DNA of 61,875 bases, filler included, from Basidiobolus ranarum (GCA_040143965.1; 19 parts of 19 records of this genome joined end to end with filler, not necessarily neighbours in it); one strand, 5' to 3'; counted from the whole stretch's first letter, positions 21,668-34,611 are shown. The notes: generated by a model from the sequence alone, not told the origin. A program made the numbers and translations.

Positions 21668-22691
21668 AATATATTCTACACCAATGATAGCTACTTGTAA
21701 TTCATCTTTGCTAAATCTGCATAAAGCAGCATGGGTGAATTATATTTTGGTTGACCTTTTATGCTATTTATCAATTGTAATATCTGAATATTTGTAGAGT
21801 TAGGTTGTATTCAGGATGGACTTGACTGGTATCTGTAAAATCATTAAAGAAACGAGGTATTACGTGTGTGCATATACTTTTCATATACAGTACTAGCGAT
21901 TCCAAATATTTAAATATTTTGAGAAATATCCAGGAATATAAATACTTCAATTCATTAAATTTTTTAGTTTTGATAAATTCTTGAGCTCAGTTGTAAAGAC
22001 AAAGTAAGTACTATTGGCCTGCTTTAATCAATTTGAATTTTTTTTAACATAGTCAAAGTTACCGTCTTAAAATCATCAGACTACTAAATGCAATATATAA
22101 TCAGCCATTTGACAGCGTGAGAGGTATGCTCATTCCCCCTTAAAATTGCTACAATATAGAAGACAATGTTTTTTTACGCATCGGCCATCAAAAATACTAC
22201 ATATGGCTAGCATGATATATATCCTATGAGCTCTCTGTGTAATTTATTTACCAAGATGTTATGCTACTGAGAGTAAGCCCAAAGAATATTGATATATGTT
22301 CCTATTGACACTATTTGCGGGGACTACCTTATCAGTAAACATATTTCAATCCATATCAGCAGAGCAAGTTGAAACCCTACTTTTGTCACAGAGATTGCCT
22401 TCAATGACTACCTTGGGCTTGCAAATGATGTGACATTCTTGGATTATTTTTAGTTGGATGGTTTTATCACTGGTTGTAATGCTGAAAAATTATATTTAAG
22501 ATTCGAGATATTTTATACTATATTTTTGCCAATTTGATCTTTAGCCATAGAATGATGTAATGAATTAAATCTGTCTTGGATATATTTCAACCCTATTGAT
22601 GAAGCACAAAGTGCATAAATAGTCTCAAAGCCTCTGGAAGTTTCCCAGACTTCTTACATATGCTGGCAACACCATCAAGTACATTCCTTTC

Positions 22692-22798
22692 TGTTGAAAT
22701 TAGCATTGCCTAAGCACCTATATAGTCATATATAGCTTAGTATTTAGTTATCCTATATTTCACTAAGATATTACCCATTATTCTCATGAAGAATTTAC
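22692..22798 (+). mobile_element. LTR of the same family, 5' part (cut by contig end)
   Basis: tgttgaaattagcattgcctaagcacctatatagtcatatatagcttagta matches 35994 onward. Confidence 0.85.
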
Positions 22799-22898
22799 NN
22801 NNNNNNNNNNNNNNNNNNNNNNNNNNNNNNNNNNNNNNNNNNTTAATTAATTAANNNNNNNNNNNNNNNNNNNNNNNNNNNNNNNNNNNNNNNNNNNN

Positions 22899-23581
22899 AG
22901 CTCACGCTTGATTCCATAGGCATCATTGACACCACGTAACCAGGTGATGAAGAGAGGGCAGAGCACGAATACATAGAATGCAGAGGTCAAGTAAACTGGA
23001 ATGAACTCCCAACCGACAAGACAATTTCCTAGAGCCATGGTTGGAGTGATCTGGAACTTGGTGGTGAATGCTTGTACCAACAAAGTGAGTGCCATCTGAA
23101 AAGCAAGAGCACCGATGATCAATCGAACAATATAGTTTGTAGTGAACTTTTCACGATGCTTGTAATACCAGTTCTCATCCAGGACCATGGTAGGTGAGGA
23201 GGTGGTTGGCTTCTCTGAACCTAGATCTACATAGTGATCTCCTTTCGATCCAGCCACTAGTTTGGCTTGACTGAAGTGGTACAGAAAAGCTAGACGCATG
23301 AATCTGCCAGCTACTGAAGTTAGCCACAATGGCATACCAATGGAAGAGACCCAGATGTTGACGAAGCAAGGGAAGCTGTCGTATGTTGGCTCTCTCCCAA
23401 GATAGAGAGTGGTGACCAACGAGTTTCCGATCACCATGAACACTGATAGAGTGATACTACGGTAGCGAATGGCAGGTGATTGGTACTGAGAAATGAAGAG
23501 GAACGTGGTTGAGATCAGGAAGAAGTTCCAACCAATGGTCACTGGGTAGTAGAACTTCTGTGACGTTGTCCAGTTATCCAT
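22899..23581 (-). CDS. Multi-TM receptor-like protein, probably 7TM-RGS (GprK-like) family, 5' part
   Basis: Five hydrophobic segments; IRYRS..L, FPCF...W and DAYGIKRE motifs typical of fungal 7TM-RGS proteins; the RGS domain would lie beyond the contig. Confidence 0.7.
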
Positions 23582-24153
23582 GGTTAGAAGATTGTTTGAT
23601 AACTACTTGTCTTTGAATTTGTTGTTATTCTAGCATGAGAATCGAACTTTCTTTTATAGTCCTCTCGATTTCGTTTCTCGCCTCCTGCATTGTGCATATG
23701 CGTTGTTCAAGAGATACTCTTTTGTGCATTAGCTAGGTCCTGGCTCTTAGCAGTATGTGCAGTAGGAGACTGAGGAAGATTGTGAATAAATTGGATCTCA
23801 ATGACAAGTTGTGATAATAACTGAATCTGGAGTAAGGCCATTGATTTCGTTCCATAAACGAAATCAAATTTATGCACCACTGTCTCACCCTTTCCCAGGT
23901 ATTACTATTGGCTTGGTATTTTTTATTCATGAAACAAAACCGATTTCAAAAGCACAGGGTTGTATGGGTAGTGTGGCAAGTTCGTCCCAAACCTTTCCCT
24001 CACATCAACGGAGAATAAATCTGCGGGGAAGAGATTGTTCCTTGCTAGGAATATAAGATTTCCATTTTCGCAATAGATTACACCACCTTGAGGACTGAAT
24101 CTCCAGGGCAGCTCCAATTTCACAAAGTATTTTGACCAAGGGATACATTTAAT

Positions 24154-24849
24154 ATGACCAACTATAATCTATTTCGAGTCTTGTTATGTTTCTCCCTTTT
24201 TATTGGTATTTATGCTTTGGAAGTTATCGATTGTCGCCAATCTGGCTGTCCGTACGGATATCTGTGTAACTTGGAGTGCGAGCAAGCTGCTTTTAAAGGG
24301 AAGTCTTGTGAGCAAGTATTTAGCTGCTACCCCACCAATATCAATCCATCAGGTAATAAGCTAAAGCAATGTCAAGAAGTTCATGGTTCTAGCCCATTTC
24401 GGAGTGAGTGTAAGCAGTGCTACTGTACCGAAAATGGATTAAATTGTACCCCATTCCCATCTTGTCTAATGCATGATGATACACTACTGGAGAAACCGCT
24501 AGAGAAACCACCAGGAGAACCTGAATCCCCTTTTCAACAATGTAGACGTGAACATGGTAAGGCTTTCAAAAGAGATTGTAATAACTGTCAATGTACGGAG
24601 ACAGGAGCAATTCGATGCAGTCGAAAAGGATGCCCAACCATGTTAGAAATGGTGCCTGACCCAGCGATACAATGCAAACATGATTCTCATTTGACTACCG
24701 TTTCAAAAGGTTGTCAGGACTGTACGTGTAACTCAGATGGATCCGTTGTGTGTAGCAAAGCAAGATGTTCTATCGCTGATTCTAGTGATGAGCTTAAACA
24801 TCCTTCTTCCGAACCAGAGTTACACATTCATATGGCTTGGAGAAAATGA
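24154..24849 (+). CDS. Secreted Cys-rich protein with three pacifastin-like modules
   Basis: Signal peptide; modules C-x-C-x2-C-x-C-x3-G-x-C-x4/5-C, best example FKRDCNNCQCTETGAIRCSRKGC; intronless. Confidence 0.8.
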   Translation: MTNYNLFRVLLCFSLFIGIYALEVIDCRQSGCPYGYLCNLECEQAAFKGKSCEQVFSCYPTNINPSGNKLKQCQEVHGSSPFRSECKQCYCTENGLNCTPFPSCLMHDDTLLEKPLEKPPGEPESPFQQCRREHGKAFKRDCNNCQCTETGAIRCSRKGCPTMLEMVPDPAIQCKHDSHLTTVSKGCQDCTCNSDGSVVCSKARCSIADSSDELKHPSSEPELHIHMAWRK

Positions 24850-25247
24850 GCTTGTAGCATAATTACCGCATCCCTGATATTTAATAAACCAGAATGGTGG
24901 TCCAGTAACTGGTACTTTGTACAATATCACTGTTCAAATCACACCACTAGTATCTTAGCCACACCACATCATTTGAGACAGGCAATGAAAAAGTCTTGAA
25001 AATATATCTACGTCATAGTAGTGGGTCCATATCGATGGGAAAAGATCGAGTTTACGAATCAATAATCATGGGAAAATGTAGATTTAAACCAGAATGTTTC
25101 GACCGCTGCTTTTTATCATATCAAAGTCAGTTTCTAGTCTCAATCATTAGTTCACATCCCTCAAACCTAGTCAGTTGAACCTGATGGCTTTGGTATAAAA
25201 TAAATAGGTTCGTGGGTTAGAGTAGACTCAACCAGCCTTACTTTACC

Positions 25248-25820
25248 ATGTTTCTACTTCGTAGTTCTACAGCACCAGCTCGTGTAGACCGAATCGAGTC
25301 CTCTTTAAATCATACCTACACAGTTACTCGAAAATCTCTCTTGTCTCGAGATTTAAGCTTAAAGCCAGGTCTTATCACTCAGCCTAGTTACTCCCTAAAG
25401 AGAAAGACAACCCATAAGATCTATTATCAAGTAGAACAAAACTGCACCGGGTGCAAAGAAGGGATCACTTTATCTGCTAAGCGTCGCGCATTCCGACGTA
25501 CAGTGCCACTCAAGAGTGAGAGCCTTCATTTATGTACAGAGCTTCAAAAAATCTCGATTTTCTCATCGAAATATTCGTTCGTATGGAATGCTGAGACGTA
25601 TATATGGAAGCGTAATGAGTATGGAAATCTGAATATTCATTGCATTTGTCCTAGAACTGAGAGTATTCTGGCGGAATTCTGTTGGAAAGCATCGATTGTA
25701 CCACAAATTAAAGAGATTGGCGAATTGAGGATGTTTGGTAATGCTGTAAGTGATCTAAAATTTCAATCTGTATTGGTAACAGCATTTTTTGTTACTCTGG
25801 ATACGTTATTGGAATTATGA
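25248..25820 (+). CDS. Hypothetical protein (190 aa), possibly a fungal DUF6593/tubby-C-like beta fold
   Basis: Intact ATG ORF with upstream TATAAA (about 25194); F.W....Y.WK...LAEF...G.L...LVT pattern, judged by eye. Confidence 0.6.
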   Translation: MFLLRSSTAPARVDRIESSLNHTYTVTRKSLLSRDLSLKPGLITQPSYSLKRKTTHKIYYQVEQNCTGCKEGITLSAKRRAFRRTVPLKSESLHLCTELQKISIFSSKYSFVWNAETYIWKRNEYGNLNIHCICPRTESILAEFCWKASIVPQIKEIGELRMFGNAVSDLKFQSVLVTAFFVTLDTLLEL

Positions 25821-26933
25821 TCATTTATCCCCTGATCTTCCATCACTTGAAAAGGATCTCGCTTCATTTCTTAGCCATGTAAATTATTCATTTTAATATA
25901 TTAATTATCGAACAAGGAAAATACCAAAGTAAAAATAAATCTTTGATGCTACTTTATCCGTATTTCATTTCTACCGGTCGATGCCAGATGAGCATGGATG
26001 TTTAGTAAATTTCTCAAAAATTCATTGATTCGTGCATAAATAATACAATATGCATGCTGTATAGNNNNNNNNNNNNNNNNNNNNNNNNNNNNNNNNNNNN
26101 NNNNNNNNTTAATTAATTAANNNNNNNNNNNNNNNNNNNNNNNNNNNNNNNNNNNNNNNNNNNNTAGCTCAATACAAGCAAAGAAGATGGAATTACCATG
26201 TTGTTCAGTGCGGTACAGTGTGAGTACACAATTAGAGTGATATACATAGTACTTTCTTAAAAAATCAACATCCCCGTATATATTTGTTCGTTGAATGGCT
26301 AGAGTGCGACTGCCTATCGGATATAGATAGAAATCCCATAATACCGGAATATTTCTTATTTCTGATAAATAAGCCTTTCCAAAACATTCCAAATTATCTA
26401 CATTTGTACATAAAGTACACGACCTTTGCGATTACCTATGAAAGTTGTGTGATTCCCGTACAAAAGATTAACTGGAGCCTTTTAGAGCAAATTGAGCGCA
26501 ATACACGCCCATTTTGTGTTCAGAGGGCTCTTACATTATAAACACTGTCAAATATCCATATTAAGCCGAAATATCCATATTTTTACTAAATTTGGAGTTC
26601 ATTACCACACTCTCGGACATTCACTATAAGTTTTCAAGTCAATACAACTAAAGAGAATTTATCAAAGTTTACTTGGTGGAGGTGAACCAAATGTAGTTCA
26701 GTTATTTAAATTGAAAGAGGTATCAGTTGAGCCAGAGGAAAACGGGTATTGAATAAATAGTCTCAGTAGGAATAGCCACAATTACATGATTTTCAACTAA
26801 ACTCCTATGTGAGTATATCACTCACCAGCTATGCCAGTTCTATATAGATTAGATGCATATTAGTTATTAGTTAAATGTATATATATATTTGTATTTAAAA
26901 GCCGACATAACATGTACCAACAACAATGCCCTT

Positions 26934-28905
26934 CTAGGCCTTACTAGCGAACATATCCAAGTGCTCACGAACAGCGTCAATTGCGTCAGGTAAAGGTGAA
27001 CGAGTGGCCACATAGGCATCAGGCCTAATCAAATATAAGCCATGCTGGTTTAATAGTCCACAGTCATATAGTCCGGCCAATGAGAAGTTTCCATATCGAT
27101 CGCCTTGTTTAGCGTCAGCAAAAACACGTACAGATGGGCAACGATGGGTTAGTTGGGAAGTAATTGAACGATAGGCAGTAGCATTTCTTTCTAGATCCCA
27201 TGCTTTGCCCTGGTGATGCAACAAGAAAGCAGTGGAAATAGGCATACGGTATTCATGGAGTGCGTCAACAACCGCAGCTAACTGAATGAGTTCCTCTTTG
27301 GTAAGACAATGAGAATCTCCAGCATTTGGTGTGGATGTATCTACCACAGCTAGGCTACAGTCAATAAAGATTAATGCGGAATAAGTACCACGACGCTCAG
27401 CCTGCCAATGACGCAAACGTAGTCTAGATGAATTGACTTCCAATGCAAGGTCCACCACCTCACCATCCATGGCACGCATGCCTGGTCTATTCAAATGCTC
27501 AGCAAACCATCTGGATGGCCACCACCAACCTCTCCCAGTCGCTCTGGTCCATGCCGTGCGCTCCGACTGCACAGCAAAGTTGTCTTTACTATCATAGTAA
27601 ATACTTAACTGTGCCGTTTGCTCTGTGATTGGACGACGGATAAACAACGGCAAGTAGTTGACTAGCGAAAGAAAGTATGTAGCATAATATCCTCTTCTTG
27701 GAAAACGCATGTAGCCAAACACCTGGCGGGATAGCTCGATAACCTTGTCTGCCACCGGGATACGTTCCTTTCCATACGTCTCCAGTAACTCTTGCTTAGC
27801 GTAACCGTGGTATACCGCAGCTAACTTCCAGGCTAGGTTTTCACCATCTTGCAAGCCAGTGTTCATACCCTGTCCACCTGCAGGACTATGGATATGTGCA
27901 GCATCACCACACAAAAATACTCGGCCATCTTTGGAGGTAAACCGGGAAGCACGACGCTCGTTGATGGTAAAGGATGACACTGACAAAACTTGCAAATTAG
28001 TAAATTCTCGGGGAGCCATTCGATGCTTTGCAACAGCCGCAAAGTTTTCAGCTGTTATTTCACCGTTTGAGTCTTCCCAGGTAGTAAACAGGCGATAATT
28101 TGTAGCACCATTTACACGGACGAGACCCAAAATTCCACTCGGGTGCATTGACATACTACAAAATATTATATTAACAAATGAATATATTGAGGGAGTCATG
28201 ACTTGACTTACTTGCCAACAGACAACCAATCTGCGTCCGTCTTCACATCACATACCGCCATGCGTACATCCATGAGGTTCCCATCGAATGTAGCGCCAAT
28301 AGTTTTACGCACGCGACTACGCCCACCATCACAACCCGCTAAGTATGCTACCTTCTGCACTAAATCGCTGTTCTGGTCATTTTGCTGCGCGTTCTTTAAA
28401 TGAATGTTGATTCCTTGTGCATCATCGCACACCTCATAACCAACAAATTCCCAGCCCCAGTTCACATGTACATTGAGTTCTTCAAGTCGCTTACGCAAAA
28501 TGCTTTCAGTGTTTGTCTGCGCACATGCCAAGATGAATGGAAACTCGCTGCGTAAAGCTCCAAAACTTACACCGATAAAGCGGCGCTTACCAGCAAAAGT
28601 TGTAAAGCTAGTTGCAGGATTTCCCACAGAAAGGAAGTTTTTTTCTAAGCCGTAGCGCGCGAAAAGCTCCATTGTACGAGCGTGTATACCAGGTGCACGC
28701 CATTGGGTGGTTGGTTCAAGGTTTCGCTCTAACCGTAAGTATTAGATTAAGCGACTGAGTTTAGACGTTGAGTATATAACTACTTACCATAAACCTTTAC
28801 TGGTACTCTGAGTTCAGTTAGCACCAGTGCGGTCATTAGGCCAGCCGGGCCAGCACCAATAATGGCTACGGGCGGCAAATCCACATTTTCGGGACTGATA
28901 GGCAT
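26934..28905 (-). CDS. FAD-dependent monooxygenase (FAD_binding_3, PheA/TfdB-like), 3 exons
   Basis: VAIIGAGPAGL Rossmann motif (exon 1, ATG at 28905), GIHARTMELF, YLAGCDGGRSRVRK, GRVFLCGDAAHIHSPAGGQGMNTGLQD, LIRPDAYVA; introns at about 28729-28787 and 28156-28211. Confidence 0.95.
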
Positions 28906-29109
28906 ATCTGAATGAGATTGATAAAGTAGAAAGCAACGATATTGCGCTTATATTTAATCTCATCCTGCAAAACTGGGCATAAATTGACCGAATATGATGA
29001 GTAACCACTCGTATAATAACATCAGCGTCACAATCCGCAGTGAACATTTTGAGGAATGCAGGTGTCGATTATCATGTGGTGGGAGTTTCAGCGCCATCAT
29101 GAATGATTT

Positions 29110-29154
29110 TGAGTATATAGTTGCTGAATATATAGTTGCTGAGTATATAGTTGT
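29110..29154. repeat. 15-bp tandem repeat x3 upstream of the monooxygenase
   Basis: tga(g/a)tatatagttg(c/t) repeated three times. Confidence 0.9.
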
Positions 29155-31318
29155 TACATGTTTGGAATATTTTATCAAGCTAGTTGAATCTATATATATA
29201 CCTATTCATCGTCATCAAATATGTCTGGCGCCACTACATCCAGGGCATGTAAACTTTTGAAAGAAAAAGTCAGGAATATTTTGCGAAGAAGGTATGTATG
29301 CATAAGTAATAGAATGCTAAATACTTCANNNNNNNNNNNNNNNNNNNNNNNNNNNNNNNNNNNNNNNNNNNNTTAATTAATTAANNNNNNNNNNNNNNNN
29401 NNNNNNNNNNNNNNNNNNNNNNNNNNNNCCTCTGGTCAACTTCTAACTTGGTCCAAATCCATTGGGTAAGAAATCTGGTTATTTGTGAGTGGGAAATATG
29501 GAAACACTTCAAATAATCACCCGACCACGGGATTTCCAATGTTGGATTGGCGTAGTATTCTCATTCAATTAGTTCGAAGTGGAAGCAGAGAAATGGATTT
29601 TCAAGCATAGCCAATGTGAATATCTTGCATTCACTATCAGATGTTCAAGAGCAGGAATGCAGAATTCAAAACCTTTCTGCGAAAACGACCGCTCTCAGTT
29701 TCAACCATGGCTCAGTAAACTTGTCGGAGTCACATGATGTAGAGCACTTTTTGTGGTCATTGTTATCCAATCAAAGGGCTAGATTTCTGGACTATTGTTT
29801 ATCGAGCAATTTGCCCTTTTGCGAACATGCCATTGGAGCCAAATGCATTGATAGATATCAGCCAACCCGCGCGACGAATGGGAAGGAGGATATAGATTGC
29901 TACCAAAACTGTGTTAATTGTTAGTTAAATATAGAGGTTAGCTTTTGTCCATCTTATTCCCCATACCGATGTGAACCCTAACCCAACCATATAGACGATA
30001 TCGCATAGTCATTGTGAACTGTCAATGATTTTTAGAAAAGCAATGAAACTCGGTAGTAAGCTCAGCGATGAATGCTCAGACCTGTGCCAAGAAAGCATCA
30101 TCTCTCTTTAGAGCTACCTCTTGTTGGATGGTTAGGTGAGCACTGTTCCCCTCAAATCAAATTTTACTCTTCTAATCAGCCCTTCTAACACCAGTCTAGA
30201 ATTAGACTACCATATAGGATCTACATTTAGGCTAGTTTATAGTGAGAAAAACCCCAACCCGACCTTAAACAACAGGGATGTGTCCTGTCGACTCCTAGGC
30301 GCCAGCACAACGCATTGCACTAAATGAACTGTTATAGTGAATCTCCTAGAATTAGTTTATATGCTGCTACTGAGGCACTACTCTGTTTTGTGTCTCCTCG
30401 CCATGAGTCTACAAATGTAGTAATGTCGAATCCATATAGGTCGCGTCTGGTGGCTGACTTCCGAGGATACTATTGACGAGTTCACTGGCCAGCGTTAAAA
30501 ATATACGTCGAATGAAATACAAATGGAGCGAGGGCGTGCTGTTCATGGGCACCATCACGTAGCACGAGAAGTCAGGGCTTTGTGGATCGTTCAGTTTGGT
30601 TCTAAGCCGTATTGATGCGATCTTAAAATAACATCACAGTACAGGTCGAGATGCTAAAAATAAGGCATCACCAGCATTCAAATATATACGCCAAGGGAAG
30701 GAACTGTAGGACAGTAATAATAAATGAACTGAATTCACCCTAAATGGACACAATTCCATGATCACTATTCCCTATAAAGGAAATTGGCCATTTCAATATT
30801 ACATTGATCGTCAAGCACCCTGTTGTCGGTATCTTTCCAAATGGCAGTGTTGTCAATGTGAATCTGCGCCTCATACTGCGGCCTATAATTGATTGTTCAA
30901 ATATCGATAATTAAATGGCAGAAAACACTGCATTTCATGGGAACGCTTGGTATCATGGGCCTGAAGCTATTCTTTGATCAAAGCTCAGCCAACATCGAAA
31001 TTGAATCCAAAATGTCCTCCTTGTTCAACAATGGTGAATCTAGGCGCTCCTTGGGAAATTTAAAGATTTCATTGAAGTCAACCAACTCCAACCACAATCA
31101 ATCAAACTATTGTGCTTATTTCGATGATGTGAATTGGTTCGTTGCCAACCACGGTTCTTTTTCATGTAGCTTTGTAGTGGATTTTAAATTGACCCTAATT
31201 TTATCAGAACTTCGCTCTCTGATTGGATGCCCCTAGGGGTCTTGAGTACTTAAGAGTGTTGATAGCAAGGTTGGCTAATTTGCATTCTCTCCATTTATCT
31301 ATTCACGCGCAGATAACT

Positions 31319-32017
31319 ATGGCTGTATTAAGTGTTCGAGTCCCTAAGATTAATTCGTGTTGCTTTTGTGTCAGTCTTAGGACTGCTGCTCTTTCGTTAT
31401 CTCTCCTCGGGATTGTAAGTTGTTCTGTATTGATTCAATTTTGAAGAACTTATTTTAACTCTCTACTCCTTAGACGAGTCATTTGTATACTGCTTTCCTG
31501 ATCTCCTCTATGCCTACACAAAACTCAACTGCATACTTATTATGGGTAATCTATTCTTATATTACTGCTGCTATTTTTGCTGGAGGCTCTTTTGGAATCT
31601 GGAAACACAAAGTCAAGATCATCAAGATCTTTGCCATTTCATATTGGATTGATCTTGCGTTAGGTTTTATCCTATCTATATCTTTCGCGATCAAGGCATT
31701 TCACTTGGAGAAGAGTGTTTGTAGTGAGTTGAATAACTCACCTGACACTTCTATCAACACCGATACTTGCCATCAATTCTACAACAATGCTGCGCTTGCT
31801 GTTTTAGTTGCTCTTGGTCTCTCCTTGGTTATTAAGGTAAATCTTAATATGTATACTAAAATCCTTATCTTTCTCAAAATTAATACTTTTATCCATGAAG
31901 GTTCATTACTCTCTCGCCGTTTGGTCTTATTATAAGCAGATTACTTCTACTCGTAGCTATGCTTATGTAGAGCCTGACGACAGTGATAAATTGTATTACG
32001 AAATGGACCACGAGTAG
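31319..32017 (+). CDS. Four-TM membrane protein (LAPTM/DUF4728-like), exons 31319-31414, 31474-31836, 31901-32017
   Basis: N-terminal SCCFCVSLRTA motif, four hydrophobic helices, a Cys pair in the loop, two GT-AG introns that keep frame. Confidence 0.8.
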
Positions 32018-32360
32018 GGTGTAGAACACCAGTGTTGCTTGATCTTCTCTGTAGTTAACCCTTCGAAATGTCGATGAGAAATCTACAGTATTTCAAGTCA
32101 GAAGTCACATATTGTCGTACTCAACAATTCAGATTTCATTCTCAGTCTTTCCCCCTAATTCCTTCGTATGTATAACCTTTGTTTAACCAATCTTATTGGC
32201 ATATCATCGCTATTGATTGAGGTTCTGTAAGTATTCATATGTGTTTACCTAAAATTAAAGATCTAAAATATAAAAATACTGGTCTGTCTTTTACTTAATA
32301 TTTTGAGTAAATCTTTAGAAAAATGTAACGAATTTTAATCAAGGGTAGTTTCTTTGAGAC

Positions 32361-32483
32361 TGTTGAAATAAGCATAGCCTAAATATCTATATAGTCTTAT
32401 ATAGCTTAGTATTTAGTTATCCTATATTGAATTAAGATATCACCCATCATTCTCATAAGGAATTTACTTAGAAGTTCTCAGAT
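32361..32483 (+). mobile_element. Truncated LTR (5' third) of the 329-bp family
   Basis: tgttgaaataagcatagcctaaatatctatatagtc...tttacttagaagttctcagat, then homology stops. Confidence 0.82.
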
Positions 32484-32692
32484 CGTCAAATTCCGACACA
32501 GGGGCTGCTGATCGATTCGAGGGTATTGTTTCAAATATGACTGATTTGATATTTCCCAAGGAGATCTGCATATCTGTATTTCCCGGCAATTANNNNNNNN
32601 NNNNNNNNNNNNNNNNNNNNNNNNNNNNNNNNNNNNTTAATTAATTAANNNNNNNNNNNNNNNNNNNNNNNNNNNNNNNNNNNNNNNNNNNN

Positions 32693-34611
32693 CGAATTGA
32701 ATAGCATCAGCAACGAATATGTTTCCAGTCCGAAGATTGTTCTTTTTAGAAATGGTCATGACAATTTTGGGCTGGAAATCAGCTGAGGAAGCCATGACAT
32801 AACCCATATAAACTGGAACGACATTATCGAAAAGGTCATTTTGTGAGATGGTGTTGATTATAGGCTCCTTGGCGGATTTTGTGAGAGTCAATGAATAATC
32901 GGCAAGTATTCTGTCGGTACATTCAGCAGCATAACATCCAGGGATAGATGCCCAGATTTCGTAGTAGCCAGATTCCGGAATAAAGGGTATATATGTAATG
33001 GAAACAGCATTATCCTCGCTGTTCTTAACAGTGTAAGAGAGAATTGATTTCGAAGATCCCTGTTGGATTTGACTTTCCCAATCCCCAGTAAGTGAAACAC
33101 CATAATTTAAAGATTGCGAGCTAGCAGTGCAATTTGGATAATTATATTCTTTGACAGCATGGACAACAATTTCTATATAACAGAGGTAGAAATAATCAGA
33201 AATTATCTATAATAGGACAAAAATAGAGCTACCAACCACTTTGATATAGTTGAACTTTCCCAAGTCCTCCTCCGGCTCCGTACCAGCTTAAAATCTCGAT
33301 GTTAATACCGCTAAGAGTGATAGGTGAAGTGGTTTGAATGATGCGAAACTCTGCAAAGGGTAAACTGGGCTCTTGATCCAAAGGACATTCCTCAGAGCAT
33401 GCAACCGTTTTCTGGGTAGTGGAATTGTAGTATGATAAAGGAAGAACAAGATTTCCTGGAATACTCAGCACCCTGATAGCAATTGTCTTTGAGTATATTG
33501 TTGAACAAAGGAATACATAGTCCATAAAAAAATATTACCGAAACGTTTTTGTTCCTCTTCCTTCATAATTGGTGTTTTTGATTCGCAGTAAACTGGGGGT
33601 GACAGTGACGGGTAATTGTGCCCACCAATATCCAGGCATGTTATCACGAAGTAGCCATATATTATTAGCAGTATCAGAGTTTTCACTACAGATAACATTT
33701 TTGGGATTAGAGAATCCCGTTGTATCTGCTGAATTTCCAGCAGATATCTACAGGAAAGAGAGGTTGGTCGTTAGATTGAAGTACATAAAAGATATTTTGT
33801 TCAAATAAAAAGTATATGAAAAAAAATAGAACAATCAGATTTAACTACTAACCGAGGCTGTGCTGAGATTAACTTCTTGAGTATTTGGTGCCATATTTTG
33901 AGCTCCATCAGCTGTAGCATTGAAGCTACCGCCAAAAAAAATGCTACTAGAATTATCGGAAGCTCCAATGGTGTACACCGGACCATTCAAACCTTTGAAA
34001 CTAAAGCCTGTCCAATTTCCGTTAGACCACGTTGCCAAAGAACCACCAAAACTTTGCAACAGACTATATTCGTCTAAGGGATTGGTGGGGACTGGGCCGG
34101 TAAATGCACCTCCAACATAAACAATATTTCTATTGGAATCGCAATGAATGTCGTATATCGCTCCGTCCAGTCCTTTAGCCAAAGGGGAAAAAGCTCTTGT
34201 TGTTGGGTCGTACATAGCGATATTGTTGACTTCTACCCCACCAATATGAGTAAAGTTGCCGGCAACGAAAATATATGATTGTGCTTCAACATCGTTACCT
34301 CGTTTAGTAGGCATATAACACATTGTATTTATACTACCTCCTAACGAAGTATATCCTATTAGTTCAAGGGTATTCTTGGTTTTACGGATAAGTGAATCTA
34401 CACTGGGATTAAGTCGAGAAACATTGCCATTTGGGGAATAAGTGGAGATACCGTTGAATTGGCCAGCGATTCCCAATTGGGAGAGAGAGGCAAAATCAAT
34501 TACTGTTTGAGTATTCTGGGCAAAAGCTGGGAAGGTATTAAAGGCGACGAACAAAACTAATAAGCTAGAACTTCCTACAGAGAAAATAGGAGTTTTCCAG
34601 AAAGTTGTCAT
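32693..34611 (-). CDS. RAX2: Polarity/bud-site protein Rax2 (5' part, multi-exon)
   Basis: Signal peptide; LGIAGQFNGIS.Y, FVAGNFT, VYVGGAF and FFGGSF repeats; later exons LRDNMPGYWWA and SWYGAGGGL..VQLYQ. Confidence 0.88.

Noticed and set aside
22899-29328. Gene cluster linking the receptor, pacifastin-like protein and monooxygenase
   Set aside because: The monooxygenase is on a different contig, so adjacency is artificial.
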